A stretch of 64,000 nucleotides of DNA from Acidimicrobiales bacterium (GTDB taxonomy: Bacteria; Actinomycetota; Acidimicrobiia; Acidimicrobiales; CADCTF01), in NCBI GenBank assembly GCA_035540495.1, contig DATLGL010000064.1:4265-68264 (forward strand), read 5' to 3'. How positions within the stretch are numbered: position 1 is the stretch's first letter; each line of letters starts with the position of its first letter. The notes under the pieces were generated by a model. The model ran no database searches. It saw nothing but the letters and a program-made list of their open reading frames with translations, and was not told the origin of the DNA. A program made the position numbers and the translations under genes. Shown here one piece after another: positions 32,745-42,038 of the stretch.

Positions 32745-33299
32745 TTACGCCTTCAGCGCTGCGACGCGCTGCTTCGCCAGGGCGATCAGCTCCTGTACCT
32801 CGGGGTCATGAGCTTCGAGGTAGGCCGAAGCCGCCTCAAGGCGTTCGTAATCGTCGGCGAAGTCCCCGAGTGCGTTGTTGCACCGAAAGCACAAGAGCCC
32901 GCGTGCGCGTCCCGAGGCGTGATCGTGATCGACATGAAGCGAGATGTTCTGCGTCGGCCCTCGCTTGCATATCGCGCAGACGCCCCCTTGGGCGGCGAGC
33001 GTCGCTTCGTACTCGTCGATTGAGATGCCGTACTTCCGCCTCAGGTACGCGTCTCGTTCGCGTCTCTTGTACCCCGGATCCGACTTTACGCGACGCTGCG
33101 CAGCGCGCACCCGTTCCGGGTTCGCCTGCTGCCACCGCTTGACCCGAGCGATCTCTCGCTCACGGTTGGCTTGATAGCGCGCCTTCCGCTTCTCCGCAGT
33201 GCAGCTCTTGCATTCTGGCCTGCGCCCATCGGCCGCAGCGCTGTCCCTATAGAAGGCTTCGACAGGCTTGGTTTCGCCGCAATGCAGGCAGCTCTTCAT
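32745..33299 (-). CDS. recombination endonuclease VII-like (HNH-type) nuclease with N-terminal Cys-rich module
   Basis: HVDHDHASGRARGLLCFRCNNALG is the Endonuclease_7 signature. The N-terminus has CLHCG...CKSC. A/T-ending codons are visibly more frequent than in neighbouring genes. Confidence 0.85.
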   Translation of the reverse strand: MKSCLHCGETKPVEAFYRDSAAADGRRPECKSCTAEKRKARYQANREREIARVKRWQQANPERVRAAQRRVKSDPGYKRRERDAYLRRKYGISIDEYEATLAAQGGVCAICKRGPTQNISLHVDHDHASGRARGLLCFRCNNALGDFADDYERLEAASAYLEAHDPEVQELIALAKQRVAALKA

Positions 33300-33370
33300 C
33301 CCGTAACAGTACCGAACGTATGTTCGGGCCGCAACCGACTTTCGCAGGTCGGCGCGATACCTGTACGTAA

Positions 33371-33565
33371 CTACTGACCGCCCTTCTGGACATACGACCG
33401 CACGAAATCCTCCGCGTTCTCCTCAAGGACTTCGTCGATTTCGTCCAGAAGATCGTCGAGTTCGGCCTTCAATTTCTCGCCCTGCTCCGAGGGCGCGAGT
33501 TCGTCTTCGACGACCTCGTCCGTCCGCTGGGGTGCGGGCTTCCTCTTCTGCTCTCGCTCTGCCAT
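33371..33565 (-). CDS. pup: prokaryotic ubiquitin-like protein Pup
   Basis: 64 aa, disordered and acidic. ...LDEIDEVLEENAEDFVRSYVQKGGQ with the canonical GGQ terminus. GGAGG Shine-Dalgarno upstream. Confidence 0.95.
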   Translation of the reverse strand: MAEREQKRKPAPQRTDEVVEDELAPSEQGEKLKAELDDLLDEIDEVLEENAEDFVRSYVQKGGQ

Positions 33566-33583
33566 ACCGCTGCCACTGCCTCC

Positions 33584-35077
33584 CTAGGAGTCCAGCCGAG
33601 CGATCAGCTCGGCGGGGCTCGAACATCCGTCCAACAAGGTATCGACAATGGCAGCCGTACCCCGAAGCGGTTCCATCATCGGAATCCTTCTGAGCGGCTC
33701 GGCGCCGAGGTCGAACACCAGTGAGTCCCAGTTGGCCGCCGCGATGGCCGGCGCCCACCGCTGCAGGCACTTCCCGCGGAAGTAGGCGCGGGTCGTCGTC
33801 GGCGGCTCCGACACCGCGGCCTCGACCTCTTCGTCGGTCGAGATGCGCTCGAGCCCGAGCCGGGCCGCGAGCGACTTGCCGGGACGGAGGTCGTGGTACT
33901 GCAGGTCCATCGCGGCGAGACGGGCATCGGTCCACGACAGCCCGTGGCGCTCGCGGTACGCCGAGAGCAGCCGGTACTTCGCGACCCAGTCGACGGTGGT
34001 GGCCACCGACATCGGATCGGCTTCCAGCCCGGTGAGCACGGCCTCCCAGCGGCGGAGCACGTCGGCACCGACCTCCTCCGAACCGGTGGCGGCCAGGCCC
34101 CGCTCCTCGGCGTACTTCCGGGCGAGGTCGAGGTACTCCCACTGGACCTCGAGCGCCGTCATCCGACGGCCGTCGGCCAGCTCCTGCGGCTCACGCAGCG
34201 ACAAGTCGTAGGAGACGCGGCGGATGGTCGAGACGGGCATCGCGAACGTGAAGTCGCGCTCGCCGAAGAAGTCGTCCTCGATCATCGACAGCACGATCGC
34301 CGTCGTGCCGACCTTGAGGTACGTCGCCGCCTCCGACATGTTGGCGTCGCCCACGATCACGTGGAGGCGCCGGTACTTCTGCGCATCGGCGTGCGGCTCG
34401 TCTCGCGTGTTGACGATCGGACGCTTCAGCGTCGTCTCGAGCCCGACCTCCTCCTCGAAGAAGTCGGCCCGCTGCGACACCTGGAAGTCGATCTCACGTC
34501 CACCGGTGGTGGCGGCCTCGGTGCCCACCTTGCCGGCGCCGCAGAAGATCTGGCGGGTGATGAAGTGCGGCATCACGTGCTGCACGATGCGAGCGAACGG
34601 CACCTGACGGTCCATGAGGTAGTTCTCGTGGGTCCCGTAGGAGTTGCCCTTGCCGTCGGAGTTGTTCTTGTAGACGACGATCCCCTGCCCGTTCGGCAGG
34701 GTCCGCGCGGCGGCGTCCATCGAGCGGGCGAGGATCACCTCCCCCGCCCGGTCCCAGATCACGACCTCACGCGCGTTGGAGCATTCCGGCGTCGAGTACT
34801 CGGGGTGCGCGTGGTCGACGTAGAAGCGGGCGCCGTTGGTGAGCACCGCGTTCACGAGATGCGTCTCCACCTCGGGCGGCATCGCCGCCTCACGGGTGAA
34901 CCCGCGGGCGTCGTTGCCGGGCTGCTCGTCCTCGAAATCCCACCCCACCTTGCGGTTGAGCTCGGCCACGTACGCGTTGATGAGCACGGACGACGCGGCG
35001 ATCGGGTTCGACTCACCCGCACCCCGCTGCTGGATGCCGTACTCCGTCTCGAGGCCGAGGACCTTCTGCAACGCCAT
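33584..35077 (-). CDS. dop: Pup deamidase/depupylase Dop
   Basis: Start at [65 protein letters not shown]. It is longer than PafA and has a Dop-type loop. Confidence 0.9.
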   Translation of the reverse strand: MALQKVLGLETEYGIQQRGAGESNPIAASSVLINAYVAELNRKVGWDFEDEQPGNDARGFTREAAMPPEVETHLVNAVLTNGARFYVDHAHPEYSTPECSNAREVVIWDRAGEVILARSMDAAARTLPNGQGIVVYKNNSDGKGNSYGTHENYLMDRQVPFARIVQHVMPHFITRQIFCGAGKVGTEAATTGGREIDFQVSQRADFFEEEVGLETTLKRPIVNTRDEPHADAQKYRRLHVIVGDANMSEAATYLKVGTTAIVLSMIEDDFFGERDFTFAMPVSTIRRVSYDLSLREPQELADGRRMTALEVQWEYLDLARKYAEERGLAATGSEEVGADVLRRWEAVLTGLEADPMSVATTVDWVAKYRLLSAYRERHGLSWTDARLAAMDLQYHDLRPGKSLAARLGLERISTDEEVEAAVSEPPTTTRAYFRGKCLQRWAPAIAAANWDSLVFDLGAEPLRRIPMMEPLRGTAAIVDTLLDGCSSPAELIARLDS

Positions 35078-35090
35078 GGCCCCCTCGACG

Positions 35091-35978
35091 TTACCGGTCG
35101 AGCAGCGTCTCCACGTGCCCGGCCAGCCGCTCGAGCCCAGCGGTGTCGCCGGTCCAGGCGTACCACCCGAGGTGCGTCGTGCCGATGTGCAGCTCGTAGC
35201 AGTGGTGCCGCAGGGCAGCGTCGTCACCGGCGGCGCCGTCAGCGGTCATCCGGCCGAACGCGTCGACCGCGGCGATGCCCGGGTGGAACGTCGCACCCCA
35301 GAAGGTGCACCACGCGACGTCGAACAGGAAGTCGCCGATGACGGAGCACTTCCACGAGAAGACGGCGTTGACGCGCGACGCGTCGGGCGACACCAAGACG
35401 TTGCGGTGCAGGAGGTCACCGTGGACGACGTCGGAGCGTTGCGGCATCGCCGGGAGCAGCTCGTCGAGACGTGCCGCCGCACGTACGAACACGTCGTGAG
35501 CGTGAGGGTGCGCGGCGAGCTTCCCGGACCAGCCGGCGGTCGCGGCCCTCGGATCGTCGACGAGCCCTGACCGCAACCAGTCGTGCCAGCCGCTGGCCTC
35601 GGGACACGGGGCATCGCGCAGTGCCCGCAGCAATCGCTCGAGCATCGGCGCCGCTCGCTCGACCTCGTCGACGGTGACGTCCTCCAGGAAGCGCCCGTGG
35701 AAGCGGCGCGAGACGCAGTACGACGCGCCGAACGCGGAACCGATCTCGAGCACCTCGGGCACGGGCAGGTCGGGAGACGCGTACGCCATGGCCGCACGAT
35801 CCGCCTCGAACCCGTCCCTGAACTCGCCGAGGCGGAGGACCAGCTCGTCGTCACCGACGCGATAACCGTACGCAGACGACCAGAAGCCGCCCGTGAGCGG
35901 CTCGAGGACCTCGATCGGCGCGCCGGAATGGAGCGACGACAGGAGCCGGCGAACGTCGTCGAGCGACGGACGTTCCAC
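35091..35978 (-). CDS. aminoglycoside/choline-kinase-like phosphotransferase (APH family)
   Basis: 295 aa. VVHGDLLHRNVLV (catalytic HGD.N) and IGDFLFD (metal-binding D). Confidence 0.8.
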   Translation of the reverse strand: MERPSLDDVRRLLSSLHSGAPIEVLEPLTGGFWSSAYGYRVGDDELVLRLGEFRDGFEADRAAMAYASPDLPVPEVLEIGSAFGASYCVSRRFHGRFLEDVTVDEVERAAPMLERLLRALRDAPCPEASGWHDWLRSGLVDDPRAATAGWSGKLAAHPHAHDVFVRAAARLDELLPAMPQRSDVVHGDLLHRNVLVSPDASRVNAVFSWKCSVIGDFLFDVAWCTFWGATFHPGIAAVDAFGRMTADGAAGDDAALRHHCYELHIGTTHLGWYAWTGDTAGLERLAGHVETLLDR

Positions 35979-35984
35979 CGCAGC

Positions 35985-36761
35985 TCAGTCGGTTGCCGTG
36001 ACGCCGACCCAGAAGTGCGACGTCGTCGGCATCGGGATCACGTCTCCGTCCCGGTTGCCCTCTGCCGCGGCCGCGACGTCGGCTTCGAACGCGCTTCGCT
36101 GATCCTCGGGGATCTGGCTCAGCAGCGCGCGGCCGCCGTGCGTCCACTGCCACCTCACGTACTCCTCGCCGGAGGAGAACGTGAAGGTGTGCTCATCCGC
36201 GCCCTTCTCGACGTAGGCGAAGCCGGCCTCCCGGAACGCGTCTTCCACGAACGACTCGGGCGGACGCGCCCGCGGCGGCACGCCCAGGCGCTTCATCCAC
36301 TCGGCCTGCACGTCGCCGACGCCGGCCATCTGCGGCTCTGGCAGGGCGACGACGGCGCGTCCGCCCGGCCGAAGCACACGGAGGAACTCGCCGCACGCCG
36401 CCACCGGATCGCTCACGAACTGCAGCACGAACCCCGACAGCACGACGTCATACGACCCGGGGCGGAACGGCAGCGCGATCGCGTCGGCCGCCACCAGGGG
36501 CACCGGCCACGGGACGTGTTCGAGCATCTCGACCGACACGTCGGTGCCCGTCGCCCAGCCGGCGACCGACGAGGCAGGGATCAGCGAGGCACCCGTTCCG
36601 CAGCCGACGTCGAGGATCTCCTCCGCGGGCGCGATGCGAGCCCGCCGGGCGAGCACGACGCCCCAGTAGGCGAAGAACGGGATGATCGAGTCGTACGACG
36701 GCGCCGACTCCCCGAAGGTCTTCCCCCAGGACGGCGGCCCGTCGCTAGAGGTACTGGCCAG
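35985..36761 (-). CDS. class I SAM-dependent methyltransferase; start codon unresolved
   Basis: ILDVGCGTG motif. The in-frame sequence upstream of track start GTG 36656 reads [21 protein letters not shown] (a typical MT N-terminal region) with no ATG/GTG/TTG. CTG at 36759-36761 would overlap the mpa 3' end. Confidence 0.75.
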   Translation of the reverse strand: MASTSSDGPPSWGKTFGESAPSYDSIIPFFAYWGVVLARRARIAPAEEILDVGCGTGASLIPASSVAGWATGTDVSVEMLEHVPWPVPLVAADAIALPFRPGSYDVVLSGFVLQFVSDPVAACGEFLRVLRPGGRAVVALPEPQMAGVGDVQAEWMKRLGVPPRARPPESFVEDAFREAGFAYVEKGADEHTFTFSSGEEYVRWQWTHGGRALLSQIPEDQRSAFEADVAAAAEGNRDGDVIPMPTTSHFWVGVTATD

Positions 36762-38502
36762 TGCCGACTCTCTCGATCGCCTTGCCGCCGGTGGCTTCGC
36801 CGGTCTTGGCGTCGTTGAGCAGGATCCGCATGTAGACGATCCGCTCGCCCTTCTTGCCCGAGATCTTCGCCCAGTCGTCGGGGTTGGTGGAGTTCGGGAG
36901 GTCTTCGTGCTCCTTGTACTCCTGGCGGATCGAGTCGAGCAGGTGCTGCACGCAGATGCCCCGGCCCTCGCCCGCGATCTCGCGCTTGATGGCGAGCTTC
37001 TTCGAGCGTCGGACGATGTTGTCGATCATGGCCCCGGACGCGAAGTCCTTGAAGTACATGACCTCCTTGTCGCCGTTCTGGTACGTGACCTCGATGAAGC
37101 GGTTCTCGTCGGTGAGCGCGTACATCTCGGCCACGGTGCGCTCGATCATCACCCGCACGGCCTTCTCGGCGTCGCCGCCGCCGAGCTCCTCCACCTCGTC
37201 CTTGTCGAGCGGCAGCGCCGTCGTCAGGTACTTGTGGAAGATGTCGATCGCCGCGTCCTCGTCCGGGCGCTCGACCTTGATCTTCACGTCGAGGCGGCCC
37301 GGGCGGAGGATGGCCGGGTCGATCAGGTCTTCGCGGTTCGACGCGCCGATCACGATCACGTTGCGGAGCGTCTCGACACCGTCGATCTCCGCCAGCAGCT
37401 GCGGGACGATCGTCGACTCCATGTCGGACGAGATCCCGGTGCCGCGGGTGCGGAACAGCGAGTCCATCTCGTCGAAGAAGACGATGACCGGCATGCCCTC
37501 CTCGGACTTCTCGCGAGCCCGCTGGAAGACGAGCCGGATCTGGCGCTCGGTCTCGCCGACGTACTTGTTGAGCAGCTCGGGACCCTTGATGTTGAGGAAG
37601 TAGCTCTTCGCGCTGGTGTTGCCGGTCACCTCGGCGACCTTCTTCGCCAGGGAGTTGGCGACGGCCTTGGCGATGAGCGTCTTGCCGCAGCCGGGAGGCC
37701 CGTAGAGGAGGATGCCCTTGGGCGGCGGCAGCTCGTACTCGCCGAACAGATCGCGGTAGACGAACGGGAGCTCGACCGCGTCCTGGATCGCCTCGATCTG
37801 GTCGCCCAGGCCGCCGACGTCGTCGTAGGAGATGTCGGGGACCTCCTCGAGCACGAGCTCCTCGACCTCCGGCCGGGGCAGCTTCTCGAGCAGCAGGCCC
37901 GTCCGGGTGTCCATGAGCATCGTGTCGCCGGCCCGCATCTTCACGTCCGGGTCGTTGAGCAGGCCCTCCGACAGCTCGACGACGCGCTCCTCGTCGGCCC
38001 GGCCGACGATCAGGGCGCGCAACCCGTCTTCCAGGATCTCCTTGAGGATCACGACCTCGCCGCTCACCTCGGGCGAGCGGGCGAGGACGACGTTGAACGA
38101 CTCGTTGAGGACGACCTCCTGGCCCTTCGTGAGCTCGATCTCCTCCAGATCCGGATGGAGGGCGACGCGCATCTTGCGACCCCCGCTGAACACGTCGGCG
38201 GTGCCGTCGTCGTTGCGGCCGAGGTACGTGCCGTAGGCAGCGGGCGGCTGCGTCAGCTTGTCGACCTCTTCCCGCAGCGCCGCGATGTGCTCGCGCGCCT
38301 CGCGAAGGGTGTAGGTGAGCTTCTCGTTCTGCGAGACCGCCTGGGCGAGCTGACCCTTGGTCTCCAGCAGCTTCTCTTCGAGGGTTCGCACCCGCTTGGG
38401 CGCTTCCTGCAGCCGCCGCCGCAGGGTCATCACTTCCTCCTCGAGCATCGCCGCATGCTCTCGGAGCTCGTCGAGCTCTCGCTTCAGTTCGGCGTCCGAC
38501 AT
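36745..38502 (-). CDS. mpa: proteasome-associated AAA ATPase Mpa/ARC
   Basis: N-terminal coiled coil, Walker A GPPGCGKT, Walker [10 protein letters not shown], and a C-terminal GQYL proteasome-docking motif. Confidence 0.95.
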   Translation of the reverse strand: MSDAELKRELDELREHAAMLEEEVMTLRRRLQEAPKRVRTLEEKLLETKGQLAQAVSQNEKLTYTLREAREHIAALREEVDKLTQPPAAYGTYLGRNDDGTADVFSGGRKMRVALHPDLEEIELTKGQEVVLNESFNVVLARSPEVSGEVVILKEILEDGLRALIVGRADEERVVELSEGLLNDPDVKMRAGDTMLMDTRTGLLLEKLPRPEVEELVLEEVPDISYDDVGGLGDQIEAIQDAVELPFVYRDLFGEYELPPPKGILLYGPPGCGKTLIAKAVANSLAKKVAEVTGNTSAKSYFLNIKGPELLNKYVGETERQIRLVFQRAREKSEEGMPVIVFFDEMDSLFRTRGTGISSDMESTIVPQLLAEIDGVETLRNVIVIGASNREDLIDPAILRPGRLDVKIKVERPDEDAAIDIFHKYLTTALPLDKDEVEELGGGDAEKAVRVMIERTVAEMYALTDENRFIEVTYQNGDKEVMYFKDFASGAMIDNIVRRSKKLAIKREIAGEGRGICVQHLLDSIRQEYKEHEDLPNSTNPDDWAKISGKKGERIVYMRILLNDAKTGEATGGKAIERVGTGQYL

Positions 38503-38634
38503 GGTTCGGCACCTCCTTACCGACCCCAGTTGAGGCCCGGGCCCGGACTCGGCCGGACCCTACACCGGGGGTGGTGACTATACGGCGGAGGTTAGCGGCG
38601 AAAACTTGTATTTAGCCGTTCGCCACCGGGTAAA

Positions 38635-38664
38635 TTGACACCTGTCGACGGGCGTCTGTACGTT
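38635..38664 (+). promoter_or_regulatory. candidate promoter of the ferredoxin gene (TTGACA-N18-TACGTT; also fits the RecA-NDp-like pattern cTGTCGacg-N8-TAcgtT)
   Basis: TTGACA at 38635-38640 and TACGTT at 38659-38664, 44 nt upstream of the ferredoxin start. AAGGGA Shine-Dalgarno-like sequence near 38692. Confidence 0.35.
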
Positions 38665-38707
38665 CCCGCCGACACCCCCCGCCTGCAACTGAAGGGACGT
38701 TGGAACC

Positions 38708-38953
38708 GTGGGCATGAAGGTCTGGATCGACCAGGATCTCTGCACCGGGGACGGCCTCTGCGAGGAGATCGCCCCCGCGGTGTTCACGCTGCTCGACGAC
38801 GGGCTCGCGTACGTCAAGGAAGGCGACAAGATCTTCAACGAGCCCGGTGGCCCGGATGGTCTTGCCAACATCCCCGACGGCATGCTCGACGCCGTGATCG
38901 AGTCCGCCGAGGAGTGCCCCGGCGAGTGCATCTTCATCGAGCCGGGCGACTGA
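38708..38953 (+). CDS. small single-cluster ferredoxin
   Basis: 81 aa. KVWIDQDLCTGDGLCEEIAP...ECPGECIF has the Cys pattern of actinobacterial 3Fe-4S/4Fe-4S ferredoxins. Confidence 0.85.
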   Translation: MGMKVWIDQDLCTGDGLCEEIAPAVFTLLDDGLAYVKEGDKIFNEPGGPDGLANIPDGMLDAVIESAEECPGECIFIEPGD

Positions 38954-39021
38954 GCCTCGCCTGACAGCAGTTCTTCCTCGTGGCCCCGGTGCGTGCACCG
39001 GGGCCACGTCGCGTCCGAGGT

Positions 39022-39693
39022 TCAGGCGCAGCAGGTGTCTTCGAGCGACTCGGCGGTCCAGGTGCGGCGCGCCTCGAGCGCCGCGAGGGCGGAGATCGCC
39101 AACGCAGCGACGGGGTCGGCCCACCACCATCCGGCGACTGCGTTCAGCCCGAGCCCGACGAGGAGCACCGCCGACATCAACGCGCACAGCGACGTCTGCG
39201 CAGCCTCCGACTCCTGGGCTCGCGACCCGAGCGCCGGCGCGAGCTTTCGCTTCGCCCGAGCGAGCACGGGCATCACCAGCAGCGACAGGGCCGCCAGCGC
39301 GATACCGACCACCGTCGCCTCCGGCCGTGAGCGCTCGACGAGGTCGCGACCCGCCTCGAACGCCACGTAGACGGCGAGAGCCAGGAACGAGATGGCGATC
39401 GCCTTCTGGGCCTTGCGATCGGACACCTGCGAGCACCCGTCGCGCCGCTCCTGGGCGAGCCGCCACGCGAGGATCACCGACGCTGACACCTCGACCACGG
39501 AGTCGAGGCCGAAGGCGAACAGGCCGACCGAACCGGCGATCACCGCTGCGGTGAGCGCCCCGATGGCCTCGGCGACGTTCCAGCCGATCGTCAGCCGGTT
39601 GAGCAGCATCGCCCGCCGGACCGCGGCATCCCGTCCGCTGCCGGCGACGTCGTGCTGGTGATCGTGGTCCTCGTGGACGTCGACCCTGCTCAC
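39022..39693 (-). CDS. cation-efflux (CDF-like) membrane transporter, TM domain only
   Basis: His-rich N-terminus (HEDHDHQHD), 6 predicted TM helices, a FGLDSVVE-type metal site, 4-nt overlap with arsR, and a C-terminal CC. Confidence 0.7.
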   Translation of the reverse strand: MSRVDVHEDHDHQHDVAGSGRDAAVRRAMLLNRLTIGWNVAEAIGALTAAVIAGSVGLFAFGLDSVVEVSASVILAWRLAQERRDGCSQVSDRKAQKAIAISFLALAVYVAFEAGRDLVERSRPEATVVGIALAALSLLVMPVLARAKRKLAPALGSRAQESEAAQTSLCALMSAVLLVGLGLNAVAGWWWADPVAALAISALAALEARRTWTAESLEDTCCA

Positions 39694-40016
39694 GACGCCC
39701 GCGCCTCTTCCTCGCAGAACGGCGCGGTGATCGAGAGCGCGAGGCCGGCGAGGTCGTCGAGCGCGTGCGCGATGCGAGGGTCGGCCAACTCGTAGCGCTG
39801 CCGGCGTCCCTCCTGGGTCGCCACCACGAGGCCGCAGCCCCGGAGGCAGGCGAGGTGATTCGACACGTTGGCCTTCGTCAGCCCCAGGTGGGACGCGAGG
39901 TCGGTCGGGTAGTGCGGGCCGTCGAGCAGGCAGAGGAGGATCTGGCAGCGGGTCGGGTCGGACAGCGCCTTGCCGATGCGGTCGAGGCCACGAGTGTCCG
40001 GACGAGCGAGGGCCAT
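39690..40016 (-). CDS. ArsR/SmtB-family metalloregulator
   Basis: LSDPTRCQILLCLLDGPHYPTDLASHLGLTKANVSNHLACLRGCGLV (winged HTH with alpha3 Cys residues). Confidence 0.9.
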   Translation of the reverse strand: MALARPDTRGLDRIGKALSDPTRCQILLCLLDGPHYPTDLASHLGLTKANVSNHLACLRGCGLVVATQEGRRQRYELADPRIAHALDDLAGLALSITAPFCEEEARAS

Positions 40017-40025
40017 GGACTCAAG

Positions 40026-40043
40026 GTACAGCGACTGCTGTAC
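40026..40043. promoter_or_regulatory. candidate ArsR operator palindrome
   Basis: GTACAGC-GACT-GCTGTAC, with perfect 7-bp arms, 10-27 nt upstream of the arsR ATG. Confidence 0.4.
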
Positions 40044-40070
40044 TACAGCAACAACTGAACCGTCGAGCGG

Positions 40071-41243
40071 CTACGCGAGGCAGTCCTGCGTAGTCGCCCG
40101 TGCGTCGGGGTTCGCGTTGTACGCCTGGATGGTCTTGTCGAGCTCGGCGCCGGTGAGCGCGTACGCCGTGCTCGCCCGGTCGGGAGCGATGGCGAAGGCG
40201 ACGCCGACCACCCGCCCCTCCTGATCGACCAGCGCACCTCCGGAGTCGCCCGGCTGGAGGGACGCGGCGAGGATGTACACCTGCCGGATCGTCGAGGCGC
40301 CGTAGATGTCCTCCCCGCTCGCGGTCACCTCCTCGGAGATCCGCGCCGGCGCGGCCCGCACCTCCGCCTGTCCGCCCGGGTGGCCGAAGACGGCGCCTTC
40401 CATGCCGACCTCGGCGTTGGCCCGGCCGAGCGACGGCAGCCCGAGGTTCTCCACCCGCAGCACCGAAAGGTCCTTCGCCGGATCGAAGACGACGACCTGG
40501 GCCTGGAGGCGCTTCCCGTCGGGGCGGACGACCTCCACCCGCTCCTCCCCCGCCACGACGTGCGCGTTGGTGACGATGACGTTCTCGCTCACGACGAAGC
40601 CGCTGCCCTCCTGGATGCGACGGCACGCTTCGCCTTGCACCTTCACCGTCGATGCGATCACCTTGGCGACCACCTCGGGCGACAGCGTCAGCGTCACCGG
40701 CGGCAGGCCTGAGTCCGGGGCCGGACGCAGCGCGTCGAACACCCGCGGGAAGGTTCGCTCGTCGACGAGGCGCCGAACGGCCTTCGTCGTGTCGGGCGGC
40801 TCGGGCAGCGCGTTGCTCACGCCTCGGGCGATGAGCGACGTGCGCGCCTGGCGCGAGGGCCAGCCCTGGACGTCGGCGATCGTCGGCAGCAGCAACCACA
40901 ACGCGACGAGCACGCTGATGGCTCCGGCCGCCGCACCGACCCCCCGATCGGCGACGCGGGCGCCTCCGACGGGAAGGCCCGTCCGCAGGCGATGGCCGAC
41001 GATCAGCCCCAGTGCCTGACCGACGAAGATCGACACGACGAGGACGGTGATCACGACCAGGAGGCGCGCGGAGACGGTCGGTAGTTCGAACGCCTCCAGC
41101 ACCGACGGAAGGATCCGCAGGCCCACGTAGAAGCCGAGCGCGAGGCCGAGCCACGACGTGACCCTCGCGAGGAAGCCGGCGCGCCAGCCGCCGAGCGCGG
41201 CCATCACCACGCCGACCAGCAGGACGATGTCGAGCAGGTTCAT
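40071..41243 (-). CDS. MarP-like membrane serine protease (CvpA-like TM domain + trypsin-like domain)
   Basis: Four N-terminal TM helices. NAHVV (His), GDSGGALV (Ser). The architecture matches mycobacterial MarP. Confidence 0.8.
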   Translation of the reverse strand: MNLLDIVLLVGVVMAALGGWRAGFLARVTSWLGLALGFYVGLRILPSVLEAFELPTVSARLLVVITVLVVSIFVGQALGLIVGHRLRTGLPVGGARVADRGVGAAAGAISVLVALWLLLPTIADVQGWPSRQARTSLIARGVSNALPEPPDTTKAVRRLVDERTFPRVFDALRPAPDSGLPPVTLTLSPEVVAKVIASTVKVQGEACRRIQEGSGFVVSENVIVTNAHVVAGEERVEVVRPDGKRLQAQVVVFDPAKDLSVLRVENLGLPSLGRANAEVGMEGAVFGHPGGQAEVRAAPARISEEVTASGEDIYGASTIRQVYILAASLQPGDSGGALVDQEGRVVGVAFAIAPDRASTAYALTGAELDKTIQAYNANPDARATTQDCLA

Positions 41244-41264
41244 GGGAACGGCTACACCGTCACG

Positions 41265-42038
41265 TCACGGGCCCATGAGGCGAGCCGCCGTCAGGAAGCC
41301 CGTGTGGGCCACCATCCGGTGATCCGGCCGCACCGCGGTTCCCTCGACGTGCCACCCGCGATTGAGGACCTCGAGCGTCTCGGCCAAGCCGAATCGGCTG
41401 TCGGCGAGGGCGTCGCGGAGCTGGCTGACCTGCACGATCGAGGGAAGGTACGCGACGAGGATGCCGCCGGGGTGGAGGGCCTGCTCCGCGTGCTTGACGA
41501 CCCGCCACGGTTCGGGCAGGTCGAGCACGATCCGGTCGAGGTCCGTCTCGTCGATCCCCTCGTAGCAGTCGCGGATGTGCACGTCGTAGCGCTCGGAGGC
41601 GTCCGCACCGAGGAACGACTCCACGTTCTTCTGGGCGCGCGATGCGAAGTCTTCGCGCAGCTCGTAACCGGTGACGACGGCGCCTGCCCGCAGCAACGTC
41701 ATCGACAACGCCCCCGATCCGACGCCCGACTCGAGGATCCGCGCGCCGGGGAAGACGTCGGCAAGCATCAGGATCGGCCCGAGATCCTTCGGATAGATGA
41801 CCTGCGCGCCTCGCGGCATCTTGAGGACGAAGTCCGAGAGCGTCGGGCGGACCACGAGGTACCGCGCGTTGCCGGTCGAGCGGACGGTGACGCCCTCGGG
41901 CTGGCCGATCACGCCGTCGTGGTGGACGAAGCCGGCGTGGGTGTGGAACTCCCCGCCCTCGGCGAGGGTCACGAGGTAGCGCCGCATCTTGGAGTCGATG
42001 AAGAGCGCCTTGTCGCCTGCGCCGAACACGCGGGTCAC
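41265..42038 (-). CDS. trmI: tRNA (adenine58-N1)-methyltransferase TrmI
   Basis: GTG 42036-42038 overlaps the upstream stop (GTGA). MPRGAQVIYPKD, ESGVGSGALS, LDLPEPW. Clear similarity to M. tuberculosis Rv2118c as I recall it. Confidence 0.9.
   Translation of the reverse strand: MTRVFGAGDKALFIDSKMRRYLVTLAEGGEFHTHAGFVHHDGVIGQPEGVTVRSTGNARYLVVRPTLSDFVLKMPRGAQVIYPKDLGPILMLADVFPGARILESGVGSGALSMTLLRAGAVVTGYELREDFASRAQKNVESFLGADASERYDVHIRDCYEGIDETDLDRIVLDLPEPWRVVKHAEQALHPGGILVAYLPSIVQVSQLRDALADSRFGLAETLEVLNRGWHVEGTAVRPDHRMVAHTGFLTAARLMGP

Noticed and set aside
38577-38582. TATAGT (minus strand) as the -10 element of an mpa promoter, with a strong TAAGGAGGTG Shine-Dalgarno sequence at about 38509-38518.
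   Set aside because: The -10 hexamer is plausible, but no convincing -35 element occurs at 16-18 nt spacing. It is too weak to report as a feature without 5'-end data.
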